A stretch of 64,000 nucleotides of DNA from Eledone cirrhosa (taxonomy: Eukaryota), in contig OZ024740.1 in the NCBI GenBank assembly GCA_964016885.1, positions 381,486,001 through 381,550,000 on the forward strand, in the 5' to 3' direction. Numbering within the stretch: the stretch's first letter is position 1; every line of letters begins with the position of its first letter. A program made the position numbers and the translations under genes. The notes below the pieces were generated by a model, which made no database searches, was not told where the DNA came from, and saw only the letters and a program-made list of their open reading frames with translations. Below are positions 12,900-27,631 of the stretch, piece by piece.

Positions 12900-13690
12900 T
12901 ATCAGAAACCCGCTACAATGCGGTAGAAATATATGAATGGCAACGGATGGCAAATAAAATTAAACAAATTAGTGATTTCCTGACCTAGTATATTTCAACA
13001 TAATATTTCGTGGTTAAAACCCCCTTTTCAAATGCAAAACAAATATGAACGATGTGCTCTTCCTTAACCAGGCAGATTATCTTACGTCTGTCAGAGTAGG
13101 TGATAGTACGTATCCTTGGTCGTGTCTGACTCCACTCAATAAATGGCTTCAACTTAGCACCATTTATCCGAACACAAATTCTAGGGTATTCGTATAAAGA
13201 CATCAAGGTAACAAGAAACTTCACAACGATCCCATATTTTTGCAGAATCTTCCATAACATATTCAGTGGAACGCGGTTATATATCGTCAAAACAAGAATA
13301 CACCTCTCACTGTTCCCTATCTTTCCCCATCTCCCTCCCGCTGTTACCTTTTTCCTTCACCTCTCTCATTCGCCTTGCTCTATTTACAACGCCAATACTT
13401 TTCCTTTCTCGCGAATACTTGAGGTCGATAAGACGCACTCCATCTTTCTCTCTCTCTCTCTAACCTGTCCCAACGCAAACACTATATGAAGGAAGGTATT
13501 TATTTCTTCGTTACGAGCCTCCTATATCCCGCAGTAATCTCATTAATTCGTCGAAACTGCTAAAGGTTGAGATCGGATGGGTATTTTCTAATGTTTGTGA
13601 CCTTTTCGCGTTCATCAATTCTTTTCGCTTCCATTCTATCTTCTCTTCCTTCCTTCGAATCAACTCACATCTTGTCGCTGAGGTAATATT
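12900..13690 (-). mobile_element. Highly degenerate RTE LINE remnant
   Basis: ORF 12985-13290 (LWKILQKYGI..LMSLYE..CVRING..KPF) matches RTE RT; similar to 20900-21200. Confidence 0.65.
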
Positions 13691-13973
13691 TTACCCAACA
13701 CCGCTTCGATGGTATTTAGCTGTTCTAACAGCATCCATACATCGAATTTTCCCATTGTAGTGAGAATAAATCAATATGTTAGGAGAAACTGACAAGGCGT
13801 GGTTAGAAAAACATTTAATTATACATCCTAACACGTGTTTCATCATTGACTTCTGACAAGAGCTGTTTAGATATGTTAATCTTTCCAATTATTTCCTCGC
13901 AATACGCTGTAACTCACAGAATACTCAGATTATATATATATATAGTTGTGTAATAAACAACATAAGGCAATTA

Positions 13974-14034
13974 TTTCATTTACCAGTGGTTTCTTAAAAG
14001 CAAACAAATTTTGCTTTCAATCATCAGAATGAAA
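13974..14034 (-). ncRNA. Type I hammerhead ribozyme, intact
   Basis: Minus strand: TTTCATT-CTGATGA-TTGAAAGCAAA atttg TTTGCTTTTAA-GAAA-CCA c TGG-TA-AATGAAA; all three stems pair, GUA cleavage triplet. Confidence 0.88.
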
Positions 14035-14134
14035 AAATCCTGGTGTATTTATTGACATTGGATTTTAAAAAGAAAAATATAATCTATATGAAAGTGAGGC
14101 TGGAAAAGGAAGAAGGAAAGGAAAAATAAACACA

Positions 14135-14950
<816 letters not shown>

Positions 14951-14994
14951 GGAAGGAAATACAAAGAATAGATGATAAAGTCCATTATTGATAA

Positions 14995-15076
14995 GGTCGT
15001 TATACATATTTCGAGAACGACAATTGGTTTCACAATACAGCGTAAAAAGCTAGTGCCATGCTCTCTTCAGACAGCG
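14995..15076 (-). ncRNA. Degenerate hammerhead ribozyme
   Basis: Minus strand: GCTGT-CTGAAGA-GAGCATGGCA...TGTCGTTCTC-GAAA-TATGTA-TA-ACGAC; stem I imperfect. Confidence 0.55.
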
Positions 15077-15137
15077 TCTTATATAATAAAGTTTCAATCA
15101 AGGATGTAATCCAACATTAAAGTGACAAAGAGAACGT

Positions 15138-15316
15138 ACAAACAGCGATGTTCGTTATTCGATTAACGAACATCGCTGTTTGTCCATTCGACATGTCAAG
15201 AATAAGTTTTGTTCTTTTTTTTTTAGTGTCGTACTAATAACTTTTATTATCTGATAATATAAGTTATTAGTACGACATTCAAGAAAAAGAATAAAACTTA
15301 TTCTTGACATGTCGAA
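15138..15316. repeat. Two adjacent palindromes: 20-bp perfect arms (15138-15183) and ~65-bp imperfect arms (15187-15316)
   Basis: ACAAACAGCGATGTTCGTTA / TAACGAACATCGCTGTTTGT; TTCGACATGTCAAGAATAAGTTTT / AAAACTTATTCTTGACATGTCGAA. Confidence 0.9.
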
Positions 15317-16838
15317 CAGGGACTCTCTTGGGATTATAGATAGAGTTTGAACGATAAACACAAAGAGAATAAAAATAGGAAAAGGTTGGGCAGAGAGCCT
15401 AGGTTGCACGAGTTTGTTTATGATAGCCATCACCGGGCCGAATGCTGGAAATCCGTTAGCTTTGGTGTTCAAAATAAGTCGCCTGGACCAAAGTATAAGC
15501 TAACTTGGATTTCTGAAGACCAAACGTAGCTCCTTAATTCCTAAGCTACAAATGACCACGGTATCCGGAACATTCAAATTTTGTAAACAGCTTTTAGGAT
15601 TCAAAGGATGAACGCATACACAAAGAGACGACGTTAATTTCCTTTTCTTTATAACATTGCCTCCAGGAAAGTGACCGGTCAGAAATAAACTCAAAATTAA
15701 ATTCAAAATTAAGAGAGAGAACATACATACATGAAGACGATATGACGATATTTACGTGATATCAAGCGATATGCATATGTGTAATTTAAGTACACACAAA
15801 GAGGTTCTGATAATTTGCTACTCAAATCTTGGATTAACTATGAAGGAAATAACTAGACAATAGAAATCAAAATTCAAATACTCAGTACTAGATTATTTCC
15901 ATGCTTTATTCAAAATATTTAAAACTAAATTCAAACTTGATTTTGGAAAAAAATGTCAGGAAGGTCATAATCTGTTTCACTTAATCTGACAATCTGTGAA
16001 AAAAGATAACTATAAGACATGATTAAGCATGGAATAGCTTTTCATTTAATGTCATAGTAACGACACAGGAATTATATTAAATGATTAGCGAACATAAGAA
16101 TTTATTTTATGCGGACGTCCTCATTTATGTTTCGTCAATCCTATTATTTATTTTTTCTTGCACATTGTGCAATTTATACATTCCAATATTGCCTGTGTTG
16201 TATATAATCGATCTTTTTCAATTACTATAGAGAGAATGTCATGATAATGAGAAAATAAATTGCTTGGTAATACGTATTAATGCTTGATTTTCAACTGATA
16301 AGATAACCACCTCAAGAGAGCATTTCTCTAACGCACCATATTGATTTTTCTGTATTCGTCATACTTTGTTATGATTGTCGCTGATGTTTCTTATGTTATT
16401 ACTGTGTTTTTGTTATTGTTGCTTTGGTTGTAGATCGATGTTTTTGTTTTTGTTATTGCTTTTATAGTAGATTAATTCTGCCATTGTTTTTCGTTATAGC
16501 AACTGTTAAATTATTCAGTAGATTAAAAAATCAAGTTAAGAAAAGCAAGTCTATTGAAAGAAGTTTCAAATTTACACCTATCAATAATCTATCCATCAAA
16601 ATATAGACATCATTGTTGTGTAAAATTGTGCATGTATACTTGTATATGTATATATATATATATATATATATAGGAACATGTTTAACCCTGACAGCAGAGC
16701 TCAAGCCGTTTCGATGGCTATTTCTCTGTCTATGACAATTGTATATAGATCACAGACACCCATACATAGATATATGTACACCCCCAGAGACATACGCACA
16801 CCCACACGCACACCCACACGCACACACATATCTATCTA

Positions 16839-17608
16839 TCTATATACTACTAAAACTCTGATCTTGCGTACTTGCTTGCTTGTCTGTTATGTAATACAGC
16901 CAAAATGGTGCATAATGGGTAAATACTTTGAAAGCAAGTTGCTTCTGAAATGGGAATACAAATTGAATAATACAAGTTTTGCGAAAATCTGACCCCGTGT
17001 TCCCGAGATTCGCGGGTTTTGGGGGTACCTTCGTAAATAGCCACAACGGTGCATACTGGGAAAATACCTCGAAATTAACATAACCCGCAAAACTTCGTAA
17101 ATAGCCAAAACATTGCATAATGAGAAAATACTCTGAATAAAACAAGTTTGGCGTAAATCGCACATGGACAATATTTTCAATTTCCCAAAAATAGCAAGGA
17201 ATTCATTTAAATTCAATTTATCTTATTTTATAATGAATATCAAAAGAAATAATCCGTTTGTTTTTTGGTTGTCCATTCTGTGGGTAAGAGAGACAGAGAT
17301 GGGGTGAGAGAGAGAAAGAGAGAGAGAGGGGTGAGAGAGAGAAAGAGAGAGAGTGAGGGGATGAGAGAGAGAGAGGGGGATTATAGATAGGGAAAGAGAC
17401 CGCGTCCTTAACTTTTATTTATTTTAACTCTCCTCCTATCCATAACGTTATTTCTTTCTCTCTCTTTCACAGTTATACTGCCACCGTGTGTATCTATATG
17501 TGTATGTGTGCCAGTAGTGCAAGTGTTTACGTACTTAGAGTCATGTGTGTGTATGTGGGAAAAAATATTTTGAACTGAACGTGACTCAACGGCTCACGGG
17601 TGGTCTAG
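16839..17608 (+). mobile_element. Non-autonomous Helitron
   Basis: 5' TC start, 3' hairpin CGTGA...TCACG followed by CTAG, inserted between A and T with no TSD; three internal sub-repeats of AGCCAAAATGGTGCATAATGGG-like sequence. Confidence 0.75.
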
Positions 17609-18826
17609 TATATATATATAAAGAGAGAGAGAGACATAGTGATTGAGGGAAAGAACTAACGATGAAATATGATGATTGTAGTCCCGCTATCATAAATAGA
17701 TTATACAAGTCATTAAGGTAAACCCGTAAGCAATATGAATGTTATTTCTGGAATGTGGATGTATATAATAGTATCTGACAGAGAAATAATAATATCAGCA
17801 ATCACTTGAATTGTCTAATCATTTCAGAAAATTGAGATTTGGGAATTGTTTGATTATAATTTTTTAGATTTCATCTGAGAAGGGATAAGAGCAGAGATCT
17901 CATTGAGATTCTTCAAACTATGAAACGGCAAATATATGTAGATTGTTGAAAAGACTTCACGTTTCAGAGCTTAAAATAAAATGATCAGTTTATTGAAACT
18001 GAAAACAAGGAAATTGTCATAAATCAAGTAGCCTTATACTTCAAACGAAAGCAGAAATAATCCTGGTTGCAGAATCAATAGTTTAACTCTTATCGAGCAA
18101 CAGATCATTTAAGAACAAAACAGAAACAGGATGGATTTAAAAGGAACTATCTTTTGTACGTTCGACCTGATAGAAAAAAAGAAGCAAAATCAAATTCGTC
18201 CTTGTATATTAAAAAAATAAATAACATAAAAATAGTGTATTTTTCTTTAACAAAAACGTGAAATGTTTTCAATTTAGTCCTATTAAACGTGAAGGATGCT
18301 GAAACGCAGTTAAACGAGAATAACAGCATCAACCATAACATCACGATGGCCACATCAACCACTAGCAGAAAGAACCTGTTGCGCAAGCTGTCGGTTCTAT
18401 CTGGCTTGGTTTCTCTGAAAGAGGAACATAAAGAAACTATACAACAATTGATTATGAATTGATAAACTAATTTTCTGTAAGCCGCACCCGAATTCCGCTC
18501 TTAGAATATCCATAGGTAGCTTTTTTATGTCCAAATGGGAATTTGTAAGATATGAGAATAACTTTATATTGAAAAAGAAAAACATACCTAAAGTAATATT
18601 GTCTTAATACATATAAATTAATTGAGATAGATGTTGGCAGTCGGATTATACGAAGAATAAGAAATAATTTCGTTTTTCTTTTATGTTTCAATAAAATTGG
18701 TAAAACATACATTTTACTCGCGCAAACAGCAATCTTTGGATATCTTAATAACTCTTTTTGTACTTTAATTTTCCGCCTGAAATTGACAGAATTTCTTGTG
18801 TATATTCTAACACAGATCAAAGAGAA

Positions 18827-18995
18827 GCGGGTGACAAATTAGCAGAAATATTAACGCAATAGATCAAACAAAAGATTTTAATTCCAGCCTTCTACTTTCT
18901 TGTTTCAATTCTCATAGAGTTCTGTTTTGTTTTGTTTCATTCTCTTGATGTTGATGAATTAAGTGTCGATGATATATGTATGTATTGATTCAGTT
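18827..18995 (+). mobile_element. Very degenerate OK-like SINE
   Basis: Collinear remnants of the 8781 SINE (AGCAGAAAT.., TTTCATTCTCTT..GTTGATGAATTAAGT). Confidence 0.4.
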
Positions 18996-20394
18996 AACTA
19001 CACAATATCTACAGACATTCTCATTCTATATACTCAAAAAGAATGAAAAATCATATATATATTAAAGACAAAATACGAGCGACGCTGTAGAGAAATGACC
19101 TTTTGTAGATATATATTATATTCAAGTTTATCAAATCACTTCGTTTAGTACATCTATTGATGTTTCAAAGAGAAAAAACGATGACCACAGCTAGAAGGAA
19201 AACGAATCAATACAAATGAATTGAGGATGTACATGAGGTCAAATTTAGGTTATAATTAGTAAAATCTTATTATTAATATAAACTTAAGAAACAACACATT
19301 AATGATGAGTTACTGATGCAGGTTGCAAGGAAAAATGTTCACGAGTTATCGACTGACTAGCAAGAATTTGTGTACTACTTTCTAATTAATAAGCCATGTC
19401 CTCCATATGTGTATCTTATACACACTCGCAATGATACTCACGCTTTATGGAACTAATTTATATCTAGTTTAAAGCTAATTTCCCTGAATTCTTTCAACAT
19501 CTTTTGTTATTCATACTACTAATTTTTGTCTCACTAAGTACTTTGCAGCTACCGAATCATCCTCTTTACCGTTCGTATAAATTCATTTAACAAATCAAAT
19601 ACCTGAATCACAATTTCTTAAAGTGGCCGACAGACACATCTCAGACAGTCACCGGAAAGAAACTATTTTCCACTTTGATCTTCGAAGCCAAAAAGTGAGC
19701 CTGTACAATTCATGGTCTTTCAACTCGTTAGTAATAGCTGGCAAATCTCTATCAAATAACACTTTTCAAAGAAGAATGGCACAAATGTTGCCTAATGTAA
19801 TCCTGCATTCTATATATATAACAAACGACATGGTCACTGATAGAAAACATTTGCTGATAGATCTATTCAGTTAGATTTGGCATGGAATTTACAAACAGCA
19901 ACAACAACAACCCTTTAAATGTATTTCACTCATTTGAATTAAAATGTTCAATTTTGATATAAATCCTATAATATTTATCCAAGTGCTAATATGCTCCAGA
20001 CTAGTAGTGTGTTAAACTCTAGTGGGTGATTTGATACCACAAGAGAGAATTAAGTGAATAGTCACACAGCAAGCTGACAATAACTGACTGACAATCTCAT
20101 TTTAAATAGCTTTAAGAACAATTTCACCTATTGTCTATCAATCATAGTATTTAACCAGTTTTGACATGACAAATTGACACCATTGGAGAAAAAGTAATCA
20201 ATAATACCTTTCTTAATGAGAATATATTTTGTGGTTCTTTAGAAATGGAACTCTTGTTAAAAAGGAAACTCTGAGAACGCTGTTTGGTTTATTTTAAGCA
20301 CAAAACCTTTACAATTTTGTGGAAATATACTCTATACATTTAATGCCTTTCCGTGTGCATTTTACGCTGGTATAAGCGAACTAAAATTGCTTCT

Positions 20395-21735
20395 GTTCCT
20401 TCCCTCTTTATCCTTCTTCTTCGCCCACCTATTCCTAAGAGAGTCGTGAGGACAGAGTCCTCAAATACTCCTTCCAGCGGGTCTTGTCAGAAGCAAACGT
20501 CTCCAGATGATCCGGCTGGATCCCCAAAACAAGACCAGCCAAGCTCATAGATATTATCCAATCATCTTGCTCGGGGCCTACTTCTCGGGGCCTGCGGGTC
20601 GTTTTGCTCGTAAAATCTGTCCAGCAATACTTTCCGGAGACATTCTAACCACATGCCTGTAGTATCGGAACTGTGAAGTAGCGACTCTACCTGGAGTGAC
20701 TCTCTGATCTGTGAGCTACGCAATTTATCGAGTAACGTTACTCCAAAGAGAAGGAACCCCATTTCGAGGAAACCCATTTCGACCGCTTGTATTCGTGATC
20801 GTATTTTTTCGGTCATTACAAAAAATTCATGACCATGGGTAAGGGTTGACACATATACCGAAGTGAAGCTAGCGAATTTGGCTTTTACATACAGCTTCCT
20901 TCTTCTGATTACCTAATGCTGAAACTGGCGTATTACTATACCAGCTCCTGCAATATTTGCACTTAATTCAGCCTCCTGTCTTCCATCACTCATGAACATA
21001 ATGAAAAGGAGAGGCGACAGTACGCACCCGTGACGGAGTTCGACTGCCACATTGAATGGTTTCGAGTTATCTCCATTTATCCGAACACAAATACTCGGCC
21101 ATTGTATAGAGACATCAAGGCAACAAGAAGCTGACCATCGATCCCATACTCCTGCAGAACCTTTCACAGCAAGTCCTGATGAAAGTTGTCATATGCATTT
21201 CCGAGGTCTACAAAACAAGAATATACCTCTTGGCAATACTTGCATGATTTCTCGAAGACCTGCCGCAGTGTGAATACTAGGACGGCTGTACTGTGCCTGG
21301 GGCAAAAGCCAGACTTTTCATCAGCTAGCTTGGACTCGACACTATCCCTACATCTCGTTGCCAGACACTTAGCAAAGACTTTACCGAGGAGGTATAATAA
21401 GGAGATCACTCTATAATTAGAGCAATCTCTCTTGTCTCCCTTTTTGAACATTGGTATTATCTCTCCCGATTGCCAATGCTTAGGTACCTTTCCAGATATC
21501 CAGGCCACCCGACACACACCAATCAGTTAGGGCATATCTTCTCTATTTAGGGATTTTAACATCTCGGGCCGGATTTCATCTTCCCCATCGACCTTTCCAC
21601 ATTTGAGATCTTTAACAACTCTTAGTCACCGCTCCCAGATGCACTTTATGTACATAAGAAGCTGCTGTTGTGATAGGGTTTAGAAAATCAGAAAATAATT
21701 CTCTCCACCTCATGAGAGAACGGGTAACTGGTGGC
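20395..21735 (-). mobile_element. RTE-clade LINE, 5'-truncated and frameshifted
   Basis: GKVPKHWQ..IIPMFKKGD..CSNYRVISLL, CFVDL..AYD, LRHGCVLSPLLF, RIQAVEMGFL. Confidence 0.88.
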
Positions 21736-22673
21736 GGATACGGCAACAAGTTGCGATATATGCGGGCAGCTGCCTGTCGAATGAATTGCCTCGGACCAAC
21801 CACGGTTAACTACTAGGTATGATGGAGAAATAGGTGACAACTGTAGCTACCAAGAAAACTCTCACAAACCAGTGATGTAGCTATGACAAGGCCAGTAAAG
21901 GCCGCCTTATAAAACATACGGAAATAATAGTATATTTCCGTATTTTTAACACTGCTCAAGTTAACTAAATGTTAATGGATATGAAAGTATATGATATTCA
22001 TATCTTTCTTGAGGTGTAAGGTTTTGGAACTGCCTTGCTATCCTGGTTTAACGGTAATTTACCGCCTGCTATAGAACACTCACCACAAACATACACCTCA
22101 TATATGGTTACGTAAAGTAGATGTAGTAGTAGTAATTGAGGGAATACAACTTTATCAGATATTGTATTGCTTAATGGTTTCAAGATTTGTTTATAATTGA
22201 TTGATTCATGTCATAGAAATCAGAGTGTAAGGAGCTACATCCGGAGATCTATCTACTCCCAATTGACAACATCATCATATAATGCAAATTGAAATAATTT
22301 ATAACACAACTTACTATTAGAATTAAGAATAAAGGAACTGAACAACATTCACGTCTACGCTAACGTTTTAATTTGATAAAGAATTATGTCATTGAAACAT
22401 TGACACAAAGAGTATTGATTTCTTACGACAAAACAAAAATTGATTGCCGTCCATACCTTACCTAAAGGCATTGGATGTAGATAGGAAGAGAATTGACGTC
22501 GATCTAAATTCTACACAGGCTTGGAGTAGCAGTGAATGTCTTCATTTTGAATGCATGGATAATAGATTGTAGTGGAATTCAATCAAATTGGAGGCTAAAT
22601 ACCGTGCTGATTTCACATCTAAGGTTCTTATATCGTAAATGAGTTTATTAAAGCGGAAAGCAATGTTTTGTTC

Positions 22674-22710
<37 letters not shown>

Positions 22711-23597
22711 CAGCCAACCCCGAGTGATGGTAACCACGTGGTACATGTGGTGGGGCTTAAGAAGTCATGTAATTATAGAGATCCATCACCATGCTCCCTT
22801 AGTAATGAATGCATGGTCTACAGGTGCAAGGTCACAACCCCTAACTCGGAGCACCACTACATAGGATCCACAGCGAAGAGCTTCAAAGATCGCTGGTATA
22901 ACCATCGCCATTCCTTTAACAGAATAGATAAGAGGAAATGTACGGCCCTTTCTGAATTGATCTGGCAGCTCAAACTTGAAATGACACCGCCCTCTCTGAT
23001 CTGGTCCGTGGTTACAAAGGTTTCCCCAGACAGAGGCGGGTCTGGTATTTGCAACCTCTGTCTTAGTAAGACACTCGAGATTCTTCATGGCGGAACCAAG
23101 CTATTAAACAGAAGAGCCGACTTATTCGGTGCCTGCAGACACCTAAGGACGGGAACTTTCCTCAAGCTATATGGATAGACCCCATTTACGGCCTCCCACA
23201 AGCCCCCCCCCACCAGTAGGTCCCCTACACCTCGTACCAATGACCAATGGACAACAACAACCACCCATAGTTTGTGGTCCCTATAGTGGATGGTCCACCG
23301 GATCCTCTACTGGTTAGGAGTCATCTAAACCACGTTTTATTGAACCTGATTTTATATATATATGTATATATATATATCATGTGTATATATATGTATATTT
23401 TATGTGTGTATATATGTGTATTTTATATATATGTATGTATATGTATGTATATATTTTATATATATATGTATATGTATGTGTATTTTATATATATGTATGT
23501 ATGTTTTATGTGTGTATATATTTTGTGTATGTGTGTATTTTATGTATATATATATTTTTTATATTTTTGCATGTATATATTTTATATATATGTATGT

Positions 23598-23666
<69 letters not shown>

Positions 23667-24311
23667 ACTTGTGCGTACATGCATGCATGCATATATATAT
23701 ATACACACCTGTATGGATTTGTGTGTGTAGATGTGTGAGTGTTTGAGGGGGTAGGTGTGAGTGTATGTACAAGTCAACCAGCATAAACCTTTTATTTCTA
23801 AATTTTCCAAACTATCTAAGTATTGGACGCTAACCATTATATTAAGTATTACCACCCCACATTTTGTATGTGTGGATGTGTGTGAGTGTCTGTGGAGGTG
23901 GGTGTGAGTGTAGTGCAAGCCAACCTACATAAGTCTTTTTATTTGTAAATTTTCTACTCCAACCATAAATTTCAGTAGCACCACTCCACATAAATTCCTC
24001 AATTTAAGAATGACCTGTAGTATCTATTCCATACTATTAACCTTAATTGAATATATGTCTGACCAGGAATGCCTTTTGTGAAAATCAGTCATATGGAACT
24101 ATTGTCATCTTGTCTGACGGTTTGAACTTTACAAAACCACCTGCCTCTTTGAGGTCAAATACCAACCCTACTTCCATCTACAAACTGACCAATGAGAATC
24201 AAGACTATTCCTGCTGACAACATTAAATTATTCCTAACAAGCTCATATGTCCCAAGGCTCTGATACCATCAACACTATAAACACAGAGCTGGCATATCTA
24301 AGAACTGACTA

Positions 24312-24369
24312 ACTGCCTGATGAGGTCATAGCCATGCAATGGCTATCATCGAAATATATATATAGCAGT
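24312..24369 (+). ncRNA. Hammerhead ribozyme in the 5' pseudo-LTR
   Basis: ACTGC-CTGATGA-GGTCATAGCCA tgcaa TGGCTATCATC-GAAA-TATATATA-TA-GCAGT, then AATAAA. Confidence 0.88.
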
Positions 24370-24558
24370 AAATAAAGGATTATGAGTTCATGCAATTGAC
24401 TTATGTTTCGTCACTATTATAACTCCGGAACTTATATCTTCGTTGAGTGTTCCCTATCCGCATACTGAAGTACTGGAATTTACCAACACTTACTTTCTTG
24501 CTTACCCCATGCTCCACACCCTGTTGAGCGCTTCATACAGTAGCGGACCGCAGCCAAT

Positions 24559-27190
24559 ATGAATAAACTCACCACTCTGGCATCACTGAAGGACATCCCA
24601 TTACCGGGTAAAATAGAATACACCAGGAATCTCACTAAGAGTACTGACTCCCTAATACGCAGGATGAGGTGGAGGGCTTACCACTTTGATAGAGGAAACC
24701 CCAATATTAATAACCAAAACACCATGGAGTGCCTCTTCAGATCAAGAAGAAACCCTCCCCACAACAGACTATTGGAAGAGTTTGAGAACGAAATGATTGG
24801 CATCATTTCCAACATCAAATTTTCCGACCAACCATACCGGGGTCGAGAGTACCTTAGACGACTGGAAAATTGAATTACCGAGCTTAAGGAATCTACAGGA
24901 ATACCCATCCATGCCGACAAAACCAACAACCTTTACCATGAGCTAATCCTCAGGGAAATGAGAAAAAGCTACAAAAAAAAAAACGCCCGAGGCTACCCTG
25001 GAGGATATCAAAATCAAGGCTTATGAGATCGTATCTGGTCTTGGTAAAGATGATAGGACGGCCCCATACAAACCAAGGGAACCCAGGATTACCATTAAGG
25101 ACCACAAACCAGACTTCGAGTCTAACCTGCCGGTTAGACTGATAGCCCCTCCCGGTCAGACATGGGGTTATTAGCAAAAGCATTTTAGATAGAATCCTGC
25201 CCACACTTAAGAGTAAAATAAGGTTACAACTCTTGTCCTGCACCAGCCAGGTGCTGGACTGGTTTACACTTTTACTTGTAAAACATAGGACTAGCTTCAT
25301 ACAACTAGACATCAACAATTACTACTCCTCAATCTCGCCCATAGTCCTGAACAAGGTACTCATATTCGCGATGAATAGGACAGACCTAACACGCGACGAG
25401 GTCCGAACCATACACGCCGCCAGAAAGACTCTGATCCGATTCGGTGGGGACATATGGACCCGGAGCGACTGGCCAAATAATTTTGACATTACAATGGGCT
25501 CCAGTGACTCCGCGCAGCTAACGGACTTGGTTGGGATATACATACTCTACGAGATCAGGAGAGAAATATCCAACCTGGGTGGCGGGATGTACCGAGATGA
25601 CGCACTCTTCACCATAGTGGACCACAGCACCACAATGGTCGAAAATATGAAGAGGAGAATTAGGCACTTCTTTAGCAAGGTAGGACTTAAGATAGAGATA
25701 GAACCCAATAGAAAAGTAGTGAATTTCCTGGACACCACTCTCAACCTCAACACTAAGCTACACCACTCATATCATAAACCCAATGAGAAGCTGGTGTATA
25801 TCAACGCTGAGTCTAATCACCCTAGATCTATAGTTAAGGCCGTAGTTAAGAGTGTCTCTGACAGGATCTCTAACTTGTCGTCCAATAAAGAGATTTTCAA
25901 TAGTAACGCTGATTACTATAACTCAGCGCTAGCTAAGATTTCCCACAGCGATAGGATCAGCTATAACCCTAAAGGACATGATCGAGATAACCCAAGGGTA
26001 CCCTGGACCAATGCCCTCAGGGGCATAAGTCGCCCACCTAATACCTCAGTGACCAGTAGTAACACTCCCAGACCCCTATCCATCACCACCCCCGGTAGAA
26101 GGTCCCGCATACCCCACCGGTCTAATACCTACAACGCTGAAGACCACTGTGCTGCGGAACATAGGCACCCCTGCACCGGTCCAACCACCCGCCGAATCCT
26201 AATTGAACAGGGAGGCCGTACCTCGCAGGTTCATAGCCACAAGATGGGACCATATAACCCTCATGATAGTGACCGCTCCGCACACCCGAGTGACACTAAC
26301 CGAGCTCGACCTGGGCTGTGCACAACCACGCGATGGCCCACGGCGGACACCCAACAACACCGCAAGAATAGGATCAGGAAGGTCACATGGTATAACCCTC
26401 CGTACACGGTGGGTCTACGTACCAGCCTGGCTAGAACATTCTTTAGAGTACTGGATAAATGTTTCCCTAGGGCCCACAAGTACCATAAAATATTCAACAG
26501 GCACACGGTCAAACTTTCCTACTCAACCACACGCTCCGGAGCCCAGCAAATAGCTAGCATAAATAGGAATAGGCTCACTGCCTCTAATACCACCGTAAAC
26601 CACGGAGCCACCCAACAGAACCAGCACGCGGGACGCAACGGAACCCGGACAGGCCCAACTAGCACACCGTGACCCATCGACCCTGTGCTGATTGCGGAGG
26701 CTACCCAGCCAACCCCGAGTGATGGTAACCACGCGGTACATATGGTGGGGCTTAAGAAATCATGTAATTGTGGAGACCCATCACTATGCCCCCTTAGTAA
26801 TAAATGCATGACGAAAACCGTGGTCTACAGGTGCAAGGTCACAACCTCTAACTCGGAGTACCACTACATATGATCCACAGCGACGAGCCTCAAAGATCGC
26901 TGGTATAACCATCGCCATTTCTTTAACAGAATAGATAAGAGGAAATGTACGGCCCTTTCTGAATTGATCTGGCAGCTCAAACTTGAAATGACACCGCCCT
27001 CTCTGATCTGGTCCGTGGTTACAAAGGTTTCCCCAGACAGAGGCGGGTCTGGTATTTGCAACCTCTGTCTTAGTAAGACACTCGAGATTCTTCATGGCGG
27101 AACCAAGCTATTAAACAGAAGAGCCGACTTATTCGGTGCCTGCAGACACCTAAGGACGGGAAACCTTCCTCAAGCTATATGGATAAAGCC
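24559..27190 (+). pseudogene. Penelope RT / GIY-YIG ORF disrupted by stops (24871, 26670, 26871) and frameshifts
   Basis: RT motifs above; endonuclease CNC....CPL...C....VVYRC..YIGST..KDRWYNH..SF..CNLC. Confidence 0.9.
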
Positions 27191-27582
27191 CGGTTACGGC
27201 CTCCCACAAGCCCCTACATCCCGTACCAATGACCAATGGACAACAACCACCCATAGTTTGTGGTCCCTATAGTGGATGGTCAATCGGATCCTCTACTGGT
27301 TAGGAGTCATCTAAACCACGTTCTATTGAACTTGATTTTATATGTATATGTATATATATTTCATGTGTATATATATGTATATTTTAAGTGTGTATATATG
27401 TGTATTTTATATATATGTATGTATATGTATGTATATATTTTATATATATATATATGTATGTGTATTTTATATATATATATGTATGTATGTTTTATGTGTG
27501 TATATATTTTGTGTATGTGTGTATTTTATGCATATGTATATTTTTATATTTTTGTATGTATATATTTTATATATATGTATGT

Positions 27583-27631
<49 letters not shown>

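Noticed and set aside
15505-15580. CTGAAGA followed by a hairpin, hammerhead-like
   Set aside because: No GAAA, stem III or stem I in register.
16895-17140. CRISPR-like spaced repeats
   Set aside because: Eukaryotic context, irregular spacing, and the repeats are internal to a Helitron.
18278-18460. AG-preceded ~60-codon frame resembling a terminal host exon
   Set aside because: SRKNLLRKLS resembles decayed LINE RT (RNNLLRKLAG-like) and no partner exons were found.
21870-21905. Possible minus-strand micro-exon AAFTGLVIATSL
   Set aside because: Too short, weak donor, and no corroborating exons.
24871-26873. In-frame TGA codons as selenocysteine (selenoproteins are reported in some Naiad elements)
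   Set aside because: The TGAs are not at conserved Cys positions, 26871 is GGA in the duplicate copy, frameshifts are also present, and no SECIS was identified.
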